From Octopus sinensis (lineage: Eukaryota): 28,150 nt of DNA. The notes below the pieces were generated by a model that worked only from the letters and a program-made list of their open reading frames with translations, did not search any database and was not told the DNA's origin. Location of the stretch: contig NW_021827590.1 in assembly GCF_006345805.1 (NCBI RefSeq), positions 1 through 28,150 on the forward strand, read 5' to 3'. A program made the translations under genes and the position numbers. Of the stretch, positions 10,010-22,699 are shown one piece after another (position 1 is the stretch's first letter; each line of letters starts with the position of its first letter).

Positions 10010-10207
10010 CCGCGTGTGTATCGCTGGCGATTTCTTTCCTCCGTCTTCCCTTCTTTGATTGTTTCCTTTTTCTATGTTTCTGACGAAGAGCTCCACTCGA
10101 AACGTTTAATCCCCCTTCTTTCTTTCCTGAGCGTCCAGTAACACTACACTTGTTCCACGTCCTCGCGTTGTTGTGTTTTCTCCTTGTGTTTTCATGTTTG
10201 GATTAAC
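10008..10207 (+). mobile_element. Penelope-like terminal-repeat fragment carrying a hammerhead-like motif
   Basis: CTGACGA-A-GAG-CTCCA-CTC-GAA-ACGT-T at 10080-10106. Bounded by (TA)n on both sides. Confidence 0.6.
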
Positions 10208-10231
10208 TATATATATATATATATATATATA

Positions 10232-10280
<49 letters not shown>

Positions 10281-10424
10281 CGTGTTTGTGTGTACGTATG
10301 TATGTATGTATTTATGTATGTATGTATGTGTGTGTGTGTATACGGATCTGCTTTTCATTTTGGCCATGATCCTGCATGTTGTGCTAGTGCGGCGATAGCT
10401 AGGATTGTATTATCCCTCTATCTA

Positions 10425-10520
<96 letters not shown>

Positions 10521-10523
<3 letters not shown>

Positions 10524-11510
10524 CATTATTGGTGAATTGAAGAAATGGAGCTGAACGCAGATTGAACAGAAATCGTTTTATTTCATTCTACACGTGTTTC
10601 GAAAGGCACAAATTACCAAAATCGATTGAATAATGGGACCATATTGTGTCTTTCTCTTCAGAAGAAAATAGGAAATCCGTTGGAAAAACAAAAACAGAAC
10701 AGAGGCGGAGCAAAAACAAATCGAACTATGCTCCTAGAGCCCATGGCGAAAATGTTTATCAGTGATGTTGAGAACCGGTGGCTGAAGAATTTAACGGGTC
10801 AGGCATCGGTCAATCATGTGGGTGAGGGGGTGTGTGGGTGTTCTTTGTGACCGAGAATAAAGTTCTGACTATTTAAGGAATATTGGATGTTTTATAAGGG
10901 GCGAGAAAAAATCTACTTAGAGACGTGTGTGTGTGTATACTGTTCTATATATGTGGTGTTGGCGTAGGGGTAGAAAACATTTTTGTGTGTACGTGTGTGC
11001 GTTTGATCGTTCGGCTGTCAGTGGCTACTGCCGCGAGAACCGTTGGGTGGCAGAAAAAAAAAATAATATATTTGTTTATGTGTGTGTGTGTTCATCTAAG
11101 CCTGCCTTGTCAAGGAAACCCCCCGCTGTGAAAAAACCAAGCCCCCGTTTGTCTAACAGGAGTAATTCCCCTTGCAGTGGTTAATCGCAGATATCTTAAA
11201 GGCTATTTCAGAATTTTGTTTACCAAGGGATATGGGTGCCGGTATATATTTTATAAACGCTATTTAAAAGCAGATAAGTGTAACGCCGCCAATGGGGGCA
11301 TCGAAAAGCCGACTGTAAAAGCCCGTTTACCATCCGGCCTGGCGCAAACAAAATATGGAAGAGTTCGGAGACACAAAGGTTGCACTGCCTTCTGCCCCTA
11401 TCAAATGGGAGGGCCACCGACAAAATTGACCATTCCAGCCTGTAGCTTAAGTTCGTATCCTTCAGTCGCCATATTAGCTTACTGAGTCCCGTGGTCTGGC
11501 GCTTGTTCAT
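10521..11510 (-). mobile_element. 5'-truncated Penelope-like element: endonuclease C-terminus plus a 3' region with a hammerhead
   Basis: Minus-strand ORF 11220-11510 (TGLSKLIWRLKD...EWSIL...PFDRGRRQCNLCVSE...C.H) matches the PLE GIY-YIG C-terminal pattern. A hammerhead core lies downstream on the same strand, followed by AATAAA and (TA)n. Confidence 0.7.
10586..10664 (-). ncRNA. Type I minimal hammerhead ribozyme motif
   Basis: CUGAAGA core, helix II GAAAG.CACAA/UUGUG.CUUUC, GAA, palindromic helix III ACACGUGU and a GUA cleavage triplet. Helix I is weak. Confidence 0.65.
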
Positions 11511-11639
11511 GTCCCGAACAAATCACAGTTTACTGCTGTGATTTTTGCTACTAAGGTATCGGTTAAACTTTTGATTAATCTACTACAAGATTATTTATCT
11601 TTCTATTTCACATAATATATATATATATTATATATATAT

Positions 11640-11692
<53 letters not shown>

Positions 11693-11694
<2 letters not shown>

Positions 11695-11888
11695 TCTGTA
11701 ATTGTAATATGTGACAATTATTCGGTAGCCATGATAAAACTCCGAGTTTCGGATGTCTGGGTGGAAAACCACGCCCCCATCTCTTCAGTTATCCGGCCAA
11801 CGGAAAAAAATGATTTCCACCCCGACATCCAAAACTCGGAATTTTATCATGGTTACCGAATAATTGCCACATATTACAATTACAGATA
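11693..11888. mobile_element. 196-bp palindromic (MITE-like) element, probably PLE-derived
   Basis: 75-bp inverted arms at 11693-11767 and 11814-11888 with few mismatches, a 46-bp spacer and TA at both ends. Confidence 0.85.
11733..11793 (-). ncRNA. Type I hammerhead ribozyme motif inside the palindromic element
   Basis: GAUAA-CUGAAGA-GAUG...CAUC-C-GAA-ACUC-G-GAGU-U-UUAUC. Helix I is a perfect 5 bp, helix II is extended, and the cleavage triplet is GUU. Confidence 0.6.
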
Positions 11889-11950
11889 AATTCCTCTATT
11901 TACATAATATCGAGGTCTTTCCCATTCTTTTGTTGTCTTACCATTTCTAT

Positions 11951-11998
<48 letters not shown>

Positions 11999-13203
11999 AG
12001 GTGGGGACAGTATAAGCTTCATAGATGCAACAGGCCGCGTGAAGATTTGAGTATAAGACATTTGTTAATATTGATACATTTCAGCTAACCATAGACGCTG
12101 ACATATTCCAAAGTGCACATACATGCGTACACGAACGTACACCATACATATACACATACACGGACACGCATTGGGGCATGTATTTGACTGAGCTCTTTCT
12201 CTCCATCTTTCAGTAAACTTTGGTGTTCCCAGAGTCCAGTCCTGTTTCCCATTCTGTTCCTTCTATATATCACACTGATCTAGTTGAGCCATATCCAACA
12301 ATACTCTTTAATTCCTTCTTAACAATGTCTTTTCCCACATGCAACCGAGGCACAACACATCAAGCATGGATTGATTCTGTACACGTTTATTTTGAATGCG
12401 TCACCTAGTCGGGCTATTCCATTCTTGTCTTTTTTAACAACAGAAAAGAAAAGAAAGATAGAAAGAAAGAATATCTCAAGCACCCCTATTATTAAGAAAC
12501 CACCACTATCACTGTCCTACACTATCTCTAAACATGATGAGCATTCGCACAATCGATCCAAATTAATCACTGTCAAATGGCGAAAGTACATCCTTATTTT
12601 AAATTAAGGCCACAAATGGTGCTACTTAAGCGTGCAGTCTTCCTCAGTATCCGAAGTTTACACTGAAATGACGTGATCTCTCCACTGAGATCACAGCTGG
12701 TTTTGTGATCTTCCATGGTGTGAATTTATCACTTGTGCCTACCTTTTTTAAATATATTATTTAGCATTTTGAGGATTATGATTTGTATGATTAAGTTTAT
12801 GTCATTAATTATAAATCATTATTCAACATTATTCAACTATTTTTTGTCATCCTGCAGTATAAAGTTCTTGTAGCTGTGGTAGACTACACACTGTGCTGGT
12901 AGGTCGTACGCTGAGGTGTAAATGGCCGAGTAGACCGTACGCTAAAGTTGCACCGAATATTTCAGTCCCATCACCTGCCGATACTCTACAAGGCTTAACT
13001 GAAGTACTTTACCTGGCTGTGAGGTACGTTTAGCGGATTTCACTCTAATACCAACGTTTAGGATAGGTTTCTGGTCCGAAGATAACTTTCTAATTTCCAC
13101 CACTATCGCAAACACTGTAAACTGTGATGGATGGGTCCTGTCCTCCCTTGTCGCAGCCGATAAAAGCAAAAATATAAATGAATATAAACTATGGGGTGCT
13201 TCA

Positions 13204-13239
<36 letters not shown>

Positions 13240-13580
13240 ATACATAGGAGCAAACATGTGCGAAACAAGGAGAAGATTTTAGCCCTCGAATACCAAAGTA
13301 GAGTAAAACGTGGGGCCTTATTGAAGCTGCAAACATTTACAAACTGTTACTCAGATTTTCCGGTAACTGATGATGTGAAACTGAATAACTGTTTGTGAAA
13401 ATTTTCAGCTTCAACAAAATACTATGTCTATTTACACACACACGCACACATCCATCCATCCATCCATCCTTCCATCCATCCATCCATCCATCCATCCATA
13501 CATACATACATACATACATACATACATACATACATACATACATACATACATACATACATACATACATACATACATACATA

Positions 13581-13976
13581 ATCTTTTATATTTTACTTGT
13601 TTCTGTTATTAGACCGCAGCCATGCTGGAGTTCCACCTTGAAGGGTTTAGTCAAACAAATTTACTCCAGTACTTTTTTTCATAACCTCTGCTGCTTATTC
13701 TATCATACACATTTTACCGAACCGCTAAGTTACAGGGGGCGTAAACGAATCAAGACCGGTTGTCAAGCGCTGGTGGGTGTTCAAACACAAACACAGACAC
13801 ATGGATAACGCACACACACACATATGATGGGCTTATTTAAGTTTCCGTTCACCAAGTCTTCGGTCGGTCCAGGGCTATAGCAGAAGACACTTGGTCAAAG
13901 TGCCATGCTGTGGGACTGAACCCAAAACCATGTGGTTGAGAAGCAAACATCTTACCACACAGCCACGCCTGCGCCT
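13581..13976 (-). mobile_element. Full-length tRNA-derived SINE (family A, CORE-SINE-like)
   Basis: Minus strand: AGGCGCAGGCGTGGCTGTGTGG (A box), GGGTTCAGTCCC (B box), CORE-like GGCACTTTGACCAAGTGTCTTC, a central (TG)n and an A-rich 3' end. Confidence 0.9.
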
Positions 13977-14488
13977 AGAATGAATGTATGTGTATGTGTG
14001 TGTGTGTGTGTGTGGTGTATGCGTAGGAAACGCGCACCTGCAGCCTATATGTGTATATGCTTATAGACACGCATATACACGCATGTCAGTTTCTGCCCTT
14101 GCTTTGCTCGGGAGCAGATATTGTTGTAGGTGATAATGAATGATTAATCATGAAAAAATAAATAAATGAAGTAGGGTAACAAATGAATAAATATATAATA
14201 ATTGCTAAAACATATGTAAGCATCAAATGATATAAAAGAAGACAACTTCAACCAGAAATCTTCTGTGTATATAATTTTGGTAAACGTTTTCGGCAGTCAC
14301 TATACCTGCGCTGTTACCATATTTGTGAAGGTCTTGTCAGAGAAACGTTCAGTTTTCCATGTGTAAGGAGACAGATCAATTGGGCAACTAGTAAAAATAA
14401 GGCTGTTTGATTTAATAAGTAATGTTGTGATTTATTGGAAATCATTACGAAAGACTTTTGAACTGGAAGCTGCATTATTGTCAACAGC

Positions 14489-15208
14489 GATTTGCGTTGG
14501 ACAAAACACATTGCTAAAATTGCCAAGAAGATTGAGGGTGTCTTGGTATCACTCACCAAGTCCTTTGTGAGCTGCTCTCCGGCTATCTATCTGCGGCTTA
14601 ATATAGCTATGGTGCGACTTCACCGGGAATTTGCATCACCGGTCTGGAACCCCTATCTTGCTCATGATATTAATCGTCTGGAAGCCGTTCAGCGACGTGC
14701 AACCAAGAGAATACTATCCATCAGGCATTTGCCGTATTCTGAACGCCTTACTTCCCTGGGCATGGATACATTGAAACTCCGACGTCTGGCAGCTGACTTG
14801 GCAGACACCCATAAAATTGTTAACCATCTTACAAACAATAACTCTGTGCACCTTTTCAAACTCCATCTGTCCAACACCCGTGGACATGTTTACAAAGTCA
14901 GAAAACAGCACAGCTCCCATGACTTTCCGAAACATTTTTTCACGCTAAGATTTGCTGAAGCATGGAACAAACTGCCGGCATCAGCTGTTAGTTGTCGGAG
15001 CACTGCATCCTTCAAACTTCCATGCTTCCTGAGATTCGCCAACACTATACCTGATTTTCTCCCCTCCATAAACACGCAAACATGTATCTGACTCATACAC
15101 TGTTCCCTTTCTAGACATTTGTACATTACTGCATATGCTTTATACGCACTTTTGACAAGTTGTGGTGCACCTGAGCAATGTATACAATAATTTCATTATT
15201 ATTATTAT
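14489..15208 (+). mobile_element. 5'-truncated CR1-type LINE (ORF2 C-terminus, 3' UTR and (ATT)n tail)
   Basis: ORF 14492-15091 carries CR1-group motifs ASPVWNPY, LEAVQRRATK, YSERL..LG, NTRGH, FF..R..EAWNKLP. The tail CATTATTATTATTAT is at 15194-15208. Confidence 0.9.
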
Positions 15209-15746
15209 AACATAACGATGGATTCATGTTCATCCGTCGGAGCGATGACGACTACCCAGTCATGCTTTAAGATGACTGATAACTTGTGCAGTGGCTTTGT
15301 TCAAAGTGAAGAAGAGTTGCGCACCGACGTCATCACTCTCTCCTCCGTGGCCATCTTCGATCCAGTGGCAAGACTAGATCAAGGCGACAGGAGCTGGGGA
15401 CGGATGCAGTAGATGGCCAAGTTGTCTTATTTGCTTCATCTTGTTCTCTGCACGTCACAATGCGTTGCAGCAGCCGCCTTCCCTTCCGTTGAAACACGAA
15501 GGCTTCTCCTGCTAACCCCACCGGATCCAGCCTTCATATGTTGAGGTGTTTACCAGAGTGATGTCAGAAGATCTCAGTTTTAATTCTTTCCACAATGACA
15601 TATTTGCAATTCTGTAACGATGTGGATTTCAATTATGCGTTCACGTATATATGTCACTCGATTTTTCGAAGCATTACGAAATGTTTAAAGTATGTATGTA
15701 TGTATGTATGTATGTATGTATGTATGTATGTATGTATGTATGTATG

Positions 15747-15780
<34 letters not shown>

Positions 15781-15957
15781 TGTATGCATGCATGTATGTC
15801 TGCATGTATGTACTTATATCTCTCTTTCTCTCTGTATATGTGTGTCTGTGTGTGTGGAAAAATTATAAATGTTATTATAATACGGTAGCATTATTTTCAA
15901 TACAATAGTATTATTTTCCACTATTTCTTATTTATGTATGTTTGTATGTATGTATCT

Positions 15958-16155
<198 letters not shown>

Positions 16156-17544
16156 TAAACAGATATCATTAATGAAGCTGGCTACGAATACGAAAGAAAA
16201 TTTAACTATGAAAATTTAGATATCATTTGCTGAAATCGCATACGTATCATAAAAAATATATTATATCCTACACACTGACAGATTAACTTTCAAGATTATT
16301 GATTAAGTGTTTAAAATTTGTTTTTAGCTTCTCTAAACTTCCTTTCAGTAGTTATTGCTTAAACAATTCTTAATATGTTACAAATGTGTTGACAATACGT
16401 TAAGTGTTTTCGTAAATCTGTAACTAGAGCTCGAGAAGTAAGTTCTGAAGCAACTGAGAGCTTTGCGCTGAAACCCTACCCACTTCTAACAGTATTAATT
16501 CAATCGAAAGTTGATACATAAATGATACATAAATAAAAATAAAGTTTTGGGATAGTTGTTTTGTTTCAAAGAGATATTTTAACATAAACTATTACTATTA
16601 TGCAAAAGAGTTAGTAAATTGTGAGCTTACTAACATTATCTTCAACAGACGATAATCAAAATAGACTGGGTATGATCAATACATGGATACGTATATCTTA
16701 AATATTTGAACGCATTCGTTGAAAAACGTCAAAACAGGATATATCTTTCTTAATTGAATTTCAAACGTTGACTTAAAAGGTTAACACAAACACACAAATT
16801 TGTGGACAGTGACTATGTATAGTCCATTAATTCGACCTTACTTCTTGAACGGTAATACATCTTAGCGATCGCCATGTGTTCTTGTGTGGCTGAAATGGTT
16901 CTTCACGATTGGTTCAGTTTGAGAACGCAATTTTAGATCAGATCACTTGGTCACTTGTCAATTGAGTACACACACATACACACACATATATGGTGTTTAG
17001 TATACCCTTATTCATATTTGTTTTTCAAATTCATGCCAATGTCCAGTTTCTGTTATTTCTAGTAGCTCATTTTTGTTTCAATTATGTAAGTTACCCTAGG
17101 CCATAAAAATTTGTTATATGTCTAATCTGTATATATCTAAGACTTATGTCTAGTGGAAAACGAAGTAGAACAACTACTGTACTGATGACAGTACATGACA
17201 GTTCCTGAGTATCCTTTACACTTAAGATTATCACATCTTTTCATCTGGAATTGGTTGCAGTTGTCACAAAACCTATCTTCTCTGGAAGTGAAGATTATTT
17301 CAGTAAATCAGGAATTTACCTAGTATAGTACGTACTATAACTTACCTCTTTTGTTCAAATTCACGCTATATGGAAACTTTGAGTAACTTCTCTTAGCCTG
17401 AAAGATTGCCTGATAATACGCGGCACGCTATTCAAGCTCGCCAGGCTATTGTATCATCAGAAGTATAAAACTTATAGTAAACTGCATTTAAATTGTGTAT
17501 AGAGAATGTTTTTTGTTGATCCAACCAATAACGGAACCGAACAC

Positions 17545-17629
<85 letters not shown>

Positions 17630-18048
17630 ATGTATTTTCCGAGTTGTGAGCATATGAGAATATTAGTGTGTTTTACACGTCTGTGTTAAACGTTCGTTGC
17701 AGTGGCTTATCCGCTGGTGGCTAAAGAGCGATTAAATTTTCCGCCATCTTTCATGTTATATAAGAAACAGACACTAAATGTTTGAGGTTATGTATTAAAG
17801 AAAAATAGGAAGAAAAGGAACCATTTGCAGATTTTATCTTGATAGTTACTATTCTTCGGAGTCCATTTGGTGTCATCAGTAGTAAGAACGCCCGGAGAAA
17901 GACAAATTATTTGAATTCAGTGGCTTACCAACGATGGCTGATTTGTTTCTATCTTAGCGTACACTTGGAAATGTTTTTATAGATACTTGCACGCACAGAT
18001 GTGACACACATACATATTCATATACGTATACATACATACATACATACA

Positions 18049-18078
<30 letters not shown>

Positions 18079-18079
<1 letters not shown>

Positions 18080-19297
18080 CAAAACATGCAAAATCCTGAC
18101 AACAACTGGGAACTTCCACAGAAACAGTGATGTTGACAGGCTCTATCTAAGAAGAAATGTAGGCGGCAGAGGCCTGAGATCAGTGCAGACGGCCTTCGAA
18201 TGTCGTATGGTATTACTCAAGCAGCACCTGTTAAACAATGTATTAATGCTGTACTGAAAAGTGAAGTGAGCGACATTGTACGAGTTGTCAGTGAACTCTT
18301 TAAGAAACTCTCTCTTACTGATGATTTTCTATTGAGCCCCAAAACAGCTGGACTCTCTTACCCCAGAGAAGATCTGGATGGAAAGCACTCAGCATACAAA
18401 AAACAAAAAGACCTTCCATGGGTATGTGGACCGGCAACTTGAAGAAGACAGTAGGATTAACACGAATCACAGTCTCTCATGGACACAAAGCCACTACTTC
18501 ACATCACACTTTGAAAGCTATGCGACTGCAATCCAGGAACAGGAGATTGCCATAAAGTTCCTGGTGAACAAGAGAGACAGTGATGCTCTTGTAATCCCAA
18601 GGTGCAACCGCATGTGTAGGCTACATCATGTTTCCGTGGAAGACATTACGCATGTGATTACCAGCTGTCCTAAAGTGTCGTCACGGTATTACCTCCCTAT
18701 GCGGCACGATGTTGTTGCTAAAACAATTTACAATGCCATCTACAAAAAGGACTCCCCTGAAATAAATTTAGAAAATGGCTCTGTTATGGAATACATTCAC
18801 AAACACCAACTCAAAGAATACTGGCGGAATATTCCCATCAAAACTTCTGTCAAATATAAACATAACAGGCCGGATATTGTTGTTTGGGACAGAGGGGCAA
18901 ATGTATGTACCCTCATAGAGATCAGTTGCTCTGCAGATATAAATATCTCTTTGGAAATCAAAGAAAAAGAAGATACCTATGGGCAGCTGGTTCGAAACCT
19001 TCAGCTTCTATATCCAGACTATGAATTCATATTCATAACAATCATAATTGGAGCACAAGATTTTATTAGTAAATGCTTAAATGAGGATCTGGATAAACTG
19101 AGATTTTCAGAAAGAGAAATTGACTGGCTGATTCGTACATTATAAGTGCAATCTGTGAGTGGAACAGTAAAAATATGCAAGACTTTTCTCAAGTTCCAAA
19201 TGCGAATTTGTTTGTGTTAAGATGGAGCCTTGTATCTTTGTTGGAAACCGGTTCCCTCCTCAGACGAAATTTTATAATAATTAAAAAATAGAAGAGA
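18079..19297 (+). mobile_element. 5'-truncated R4/Dong-type non-LTR retrotransposon with a restriction-like endonuclease (frameshifted)
   Basis: Motifs FHRNSDVDRLY...GGRGL, a zinc-knuckle region (CRL...EDITHVITSCP...YY..RHD), HNRPDIVV and KEDTYGQL. Flanked on both sides by (CATA)n. Confidence 0.9.
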
Positions 19298-19390
19298 CAT
19301 ACATACATACATACATACATACATACATACATACATACATTCATACATACATACGTAAATACGTAAGTAATTAAACGTATGTACGTACGC

Positions 19391-19423
<33 letters not shown>

Positions 19424-19430
19424 TGTATAT

Positions 19431-19790
19431 TCTCTTCTATTTTAAATTATTTGAAGGAAGAAGCTGGTTTCTAACAAAGATACAAAGCTCCATCGCTGGA
19501 ATGTAGATAACAAAAACAAATTCACATTTTAAACTTGAGAAAAGCCTTGCATATTTTTACTTTCCGTTTATAGAATTTATTTGTAATGTGCGCTTTAGCT
19601 GACTGATTACTTCCTCTGAAAACTCAAGCTCATCAGGATTGTCACTTAGGCAAATACTCACAAAACCAAGTGCACCAATTATTATTGGTATAAATGTAAA
19701 TTAATAATCTGGATATAGAATCTGAAAGTTTCGGAGCACTTGTCCATACATATCCTCTATGTTTTCGAAGATATTCAAACCAATAGAACA
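19431..19790 (-). mobile_element. Second, shorter R4/Dong-type copy, tail-to-tail with the first
   Basis: Minus strand encodes EDMYGQVLRNFQILYPDY.FTFIPIIIGALGFVS, homologous to copy 1, and has the same 3' end (...AATAGAAGAGA). Confidence 0.85.
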
Positions 19791-20279
19791 CATGATCCCA
19801 TAACGGTTTGAGTACGTACATTTGTTTGTATGTATGTATGTATGTATGTATGTATGTATGTATGTATGTATGCATGCATACTTGTATGTATGTGTGTATG
19901 TATCTATGTATGTATGTACGCATATAGTTGTTTGTCTTTTTGACTAAAAAACTAAAAGTGCGCAAATTATTTGTATACTGGCAGTATGTCAAATATATTG
20001 TTTTCATAGTCAATGGATGTCACATATATTTGACTGGAGAGATTATTAGGCATCTGTGAAATTCTTAACGATGTTAGTGAAGTAGAAGACGTATACTTAT
20101 TTATATACATGAATATGTATATAAAGTATACATATATTGATATTCACAGAATAACTTGCACAGATAATGTTTATAGTGATAAAATGGTTGTGCTTCTTAC
20201 TAGCTCACTCCTTTCATCAAACCAACATTGCTTGAACAGGTGCACAGTGTGACGAAGTGATTTCAGAGGAAGGTGAGAT

Positions 20280-20378
20280 GAAGAGTTTTGCTCAAGAACA
20301 CAACACACCGCTCGATCTGGGAATCGAATCCTCGATCTCACGATCGTCAGTGCAACACCCTAACCACTTCGCCACGCA
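20280..20378 (-). mobile_element. tRNA-derived SINE head (third family, CORE-like)
   Basis: Minus strand: GCGTGGCGAAGTGGTTAGGGTG (A box), GGATTCGATTCC (B box), then GTGTTCTTGAGCAAAACTCTTC. Confidence 0.75.
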
Positions 20379-20470
20379 AATTGGGTGTATTCATGCATAT
20401 AATTATAGAAAGAGGGATGTTTGTATCTGTAACTGTCTGGCTGTAGAAATGTTTGTGTTTGAGTGTGTGC

Positions 20471-20504
<34 letters not shown>

Positions 20505-20514
20505 CTGTGCGTGC

Positions 20515-20545
<31 letters not shown>

Positions 20546-20779
20546 CGTCTGTGCGTGCGTGCGTGCGTGTGTGTGTGTGTGGTGGTGTGTGTGTGTGTGT
20601 GTGTATTAAATGTTAATAACTTCTATTAATTTACAGATAGTGAACCGATTTACTCAGAACAACACAATGTTATAACCCAATAAACTATAACAGCTGACAC
20701 AGATTAATGAAAAATTATTAAACTCAAATTTTAATGGTGCAGCTTCTACAGGAGTAGCTTATGCAGAATTTTCTAAACA

Positions 20780-21447
20780 GATCTTTTGGAAACTTGGTAT
20801 GTATAACAATGGGAACTTCTGTTGGGATGGTGCAGAGCCATCTGTCATTCTTTCTGTTCACTTTTCGCTCTTGGACCAAGTTTACCTCATCTGAGAAGAA
20901 CCAGCGCATGTCGGGTCCCAGGAATGCTTCAGTTTGTTCAGCAAGCGCTTCGGCCGGATCACAAGGTTCTCTAGGGTTTTATCTGACATGAACTATCCAT
21001 AACATAAGATTTGTATCTGATGTCTCCGTTCACCACACGTCTAATCATCGACTCAGACATAGAAAGATGATTGGTAATGACACTAGTTAATTTACCGGGA
21101 TTCTCACTGATGATGCCCTGGACTTGCTGGGCAACTTGCCTTTTCTGACAATGTCTCGCCGATGACAATGTTTTATTTTTCCTTTTGGTCACATTAGACA
21201 TATTCACGCCAGAGACAATGTGCTCTTTTTCGGTCCTTAAAATGCGAAGGACCTGGTGACATTCAAGAAGGTTGCAATCTCAAAATCACTGTACCTGGTG
21301 GCAAAGGCGACGTGAACGGCATGTCTTTTCCTCGCCTGCGTTAGATTCGAAGCTTCCATGATGGGATTAAAAAAAAAAGGTATTAAGTTAAAGTTTGGGT
21401 TACTTATGGCTCTTGAAATTTCGTTTTCGAGTAGCTGTCGCACCCTG
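20780..21447 (-). mobile_element. 5' half of a decayed mariner-like (DD37D/maT-like) transposon
   Basis: TIR-like start CAGGGTGCGAC at 21447 and an ATG at 21359. Frameshifted remnants read KRHAVHVAFA...EIATFLNV, IRRVVNGDIRYKSY and WFFSDE...KVNRKNDRWL...EVPIVIHTKFP. Confidence 0.8.
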
Positions 21448-21642
21448 AACCCACCTACGTACCTACGTACGAACGTACGTACCTACCTACGTACCTACGT
21501 ACCTACCTACCTACCTACCTACCTACCTACCTACCTACCTACCTACTTACCTACCTACCTACATACCTAACTAGCTACATACATATATACATACATGAAT
21601 ACAAACATGCATAAACACATGCATATATACGTAAACATATAT

Positions 21643-21673
<31 letters not shown>

Positions 21674-21719
21674 ATATATAATACATACATACATACAGAC
21701 ATACTACATACATCATACA

Positions 21720-21750
<31 letters not shown>

Positions 21751-21789
21751 TTTCATACATGCATCAATAAATACACACATGTATGTATA

Positions 21790-21917
<128 letters not shown>

Positions 21918-22069
21918 ATATATACTGAATGAATAAATATACGAAAATATTTATATAGATATTATTATTTATTTTATCATTAGTAAAATGAATAATGGCA
22001 ACAATAATATGTGGCTAGCAAGCAAAGAGTTGATAAATGGTAAACCTAAAACTTTACAAATTTATAATT

Positions 22070-22235
22070 ATAATAGGGCACACGAGGTGCCATCACTACT
22101 GTGAAAATCAGAGTTGAAAAATCCTCTAAAAACAATACCCTGGAAATATAACAAGCACAACCGACTGGTAGTTTTTTAAGAGAACTTTTCGACTCTGAAT
22201 TTCACAGCAATGCGGCACCTCATGTGTCCTATTAT
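22070..22235. mobile_element. MITE with ~50-bp TIRs (unclassified)
   Basis: ATAATAGGGCACACGAGGTGCC...GAGTTGAAAA (22070-22120) is the inverted match of TTTTCGACTC...GGCACCTCATGTGTCCTATTAT (22186-22235). Confidence 0.8.
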
Positions 22236-22287
22236 GATCCTAAATTAATTATGAAATTTCGGCTTTGCCACCTACACACACACACAC

Positions 22288-22359
<72 letters not shown>

Positions 22360-22699
22360 TATATATATGTATGTAATATATATATAAATATATTATTATA
22401 TGTATATATATCTAATTAATATATATATATATATTATATATATAATATATATATATACACATGTATGTATGTATGTATGTATGTATGTGTATATATATAT
22501 ATATATACACACACACACATACGCACATCTATTAACGGTTATTTTCAGTACTTTTCTCGCTGGATTACATGTTCGTTTCTCTTTTTTTCTTCTGCATTTT
22601 TATTTTTGATCTTCTATATATATGAAGATTTTTCCTCCGTCTGGCTGTTTTTCTCGACAAAACCGAAAGTTACATTGTGGAACAGTCATTTTAACGAAT

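Noticed and set aside
13341-13392. CTGATGA...GAAAC inside an imperfect hairpin (hammerhead or C/D snoRNA-like)
   Set aside because: Only 3 nt lie between the core halves (no helix II), there is no helix I/III geometry, and it is too short for a C/D RNA.
16457-16475. CTGAGAGC...GCTGAAAC hammerhead-like string
   Set aside because: The core is incomplete, and there is no helix I, helix III or NUH site.
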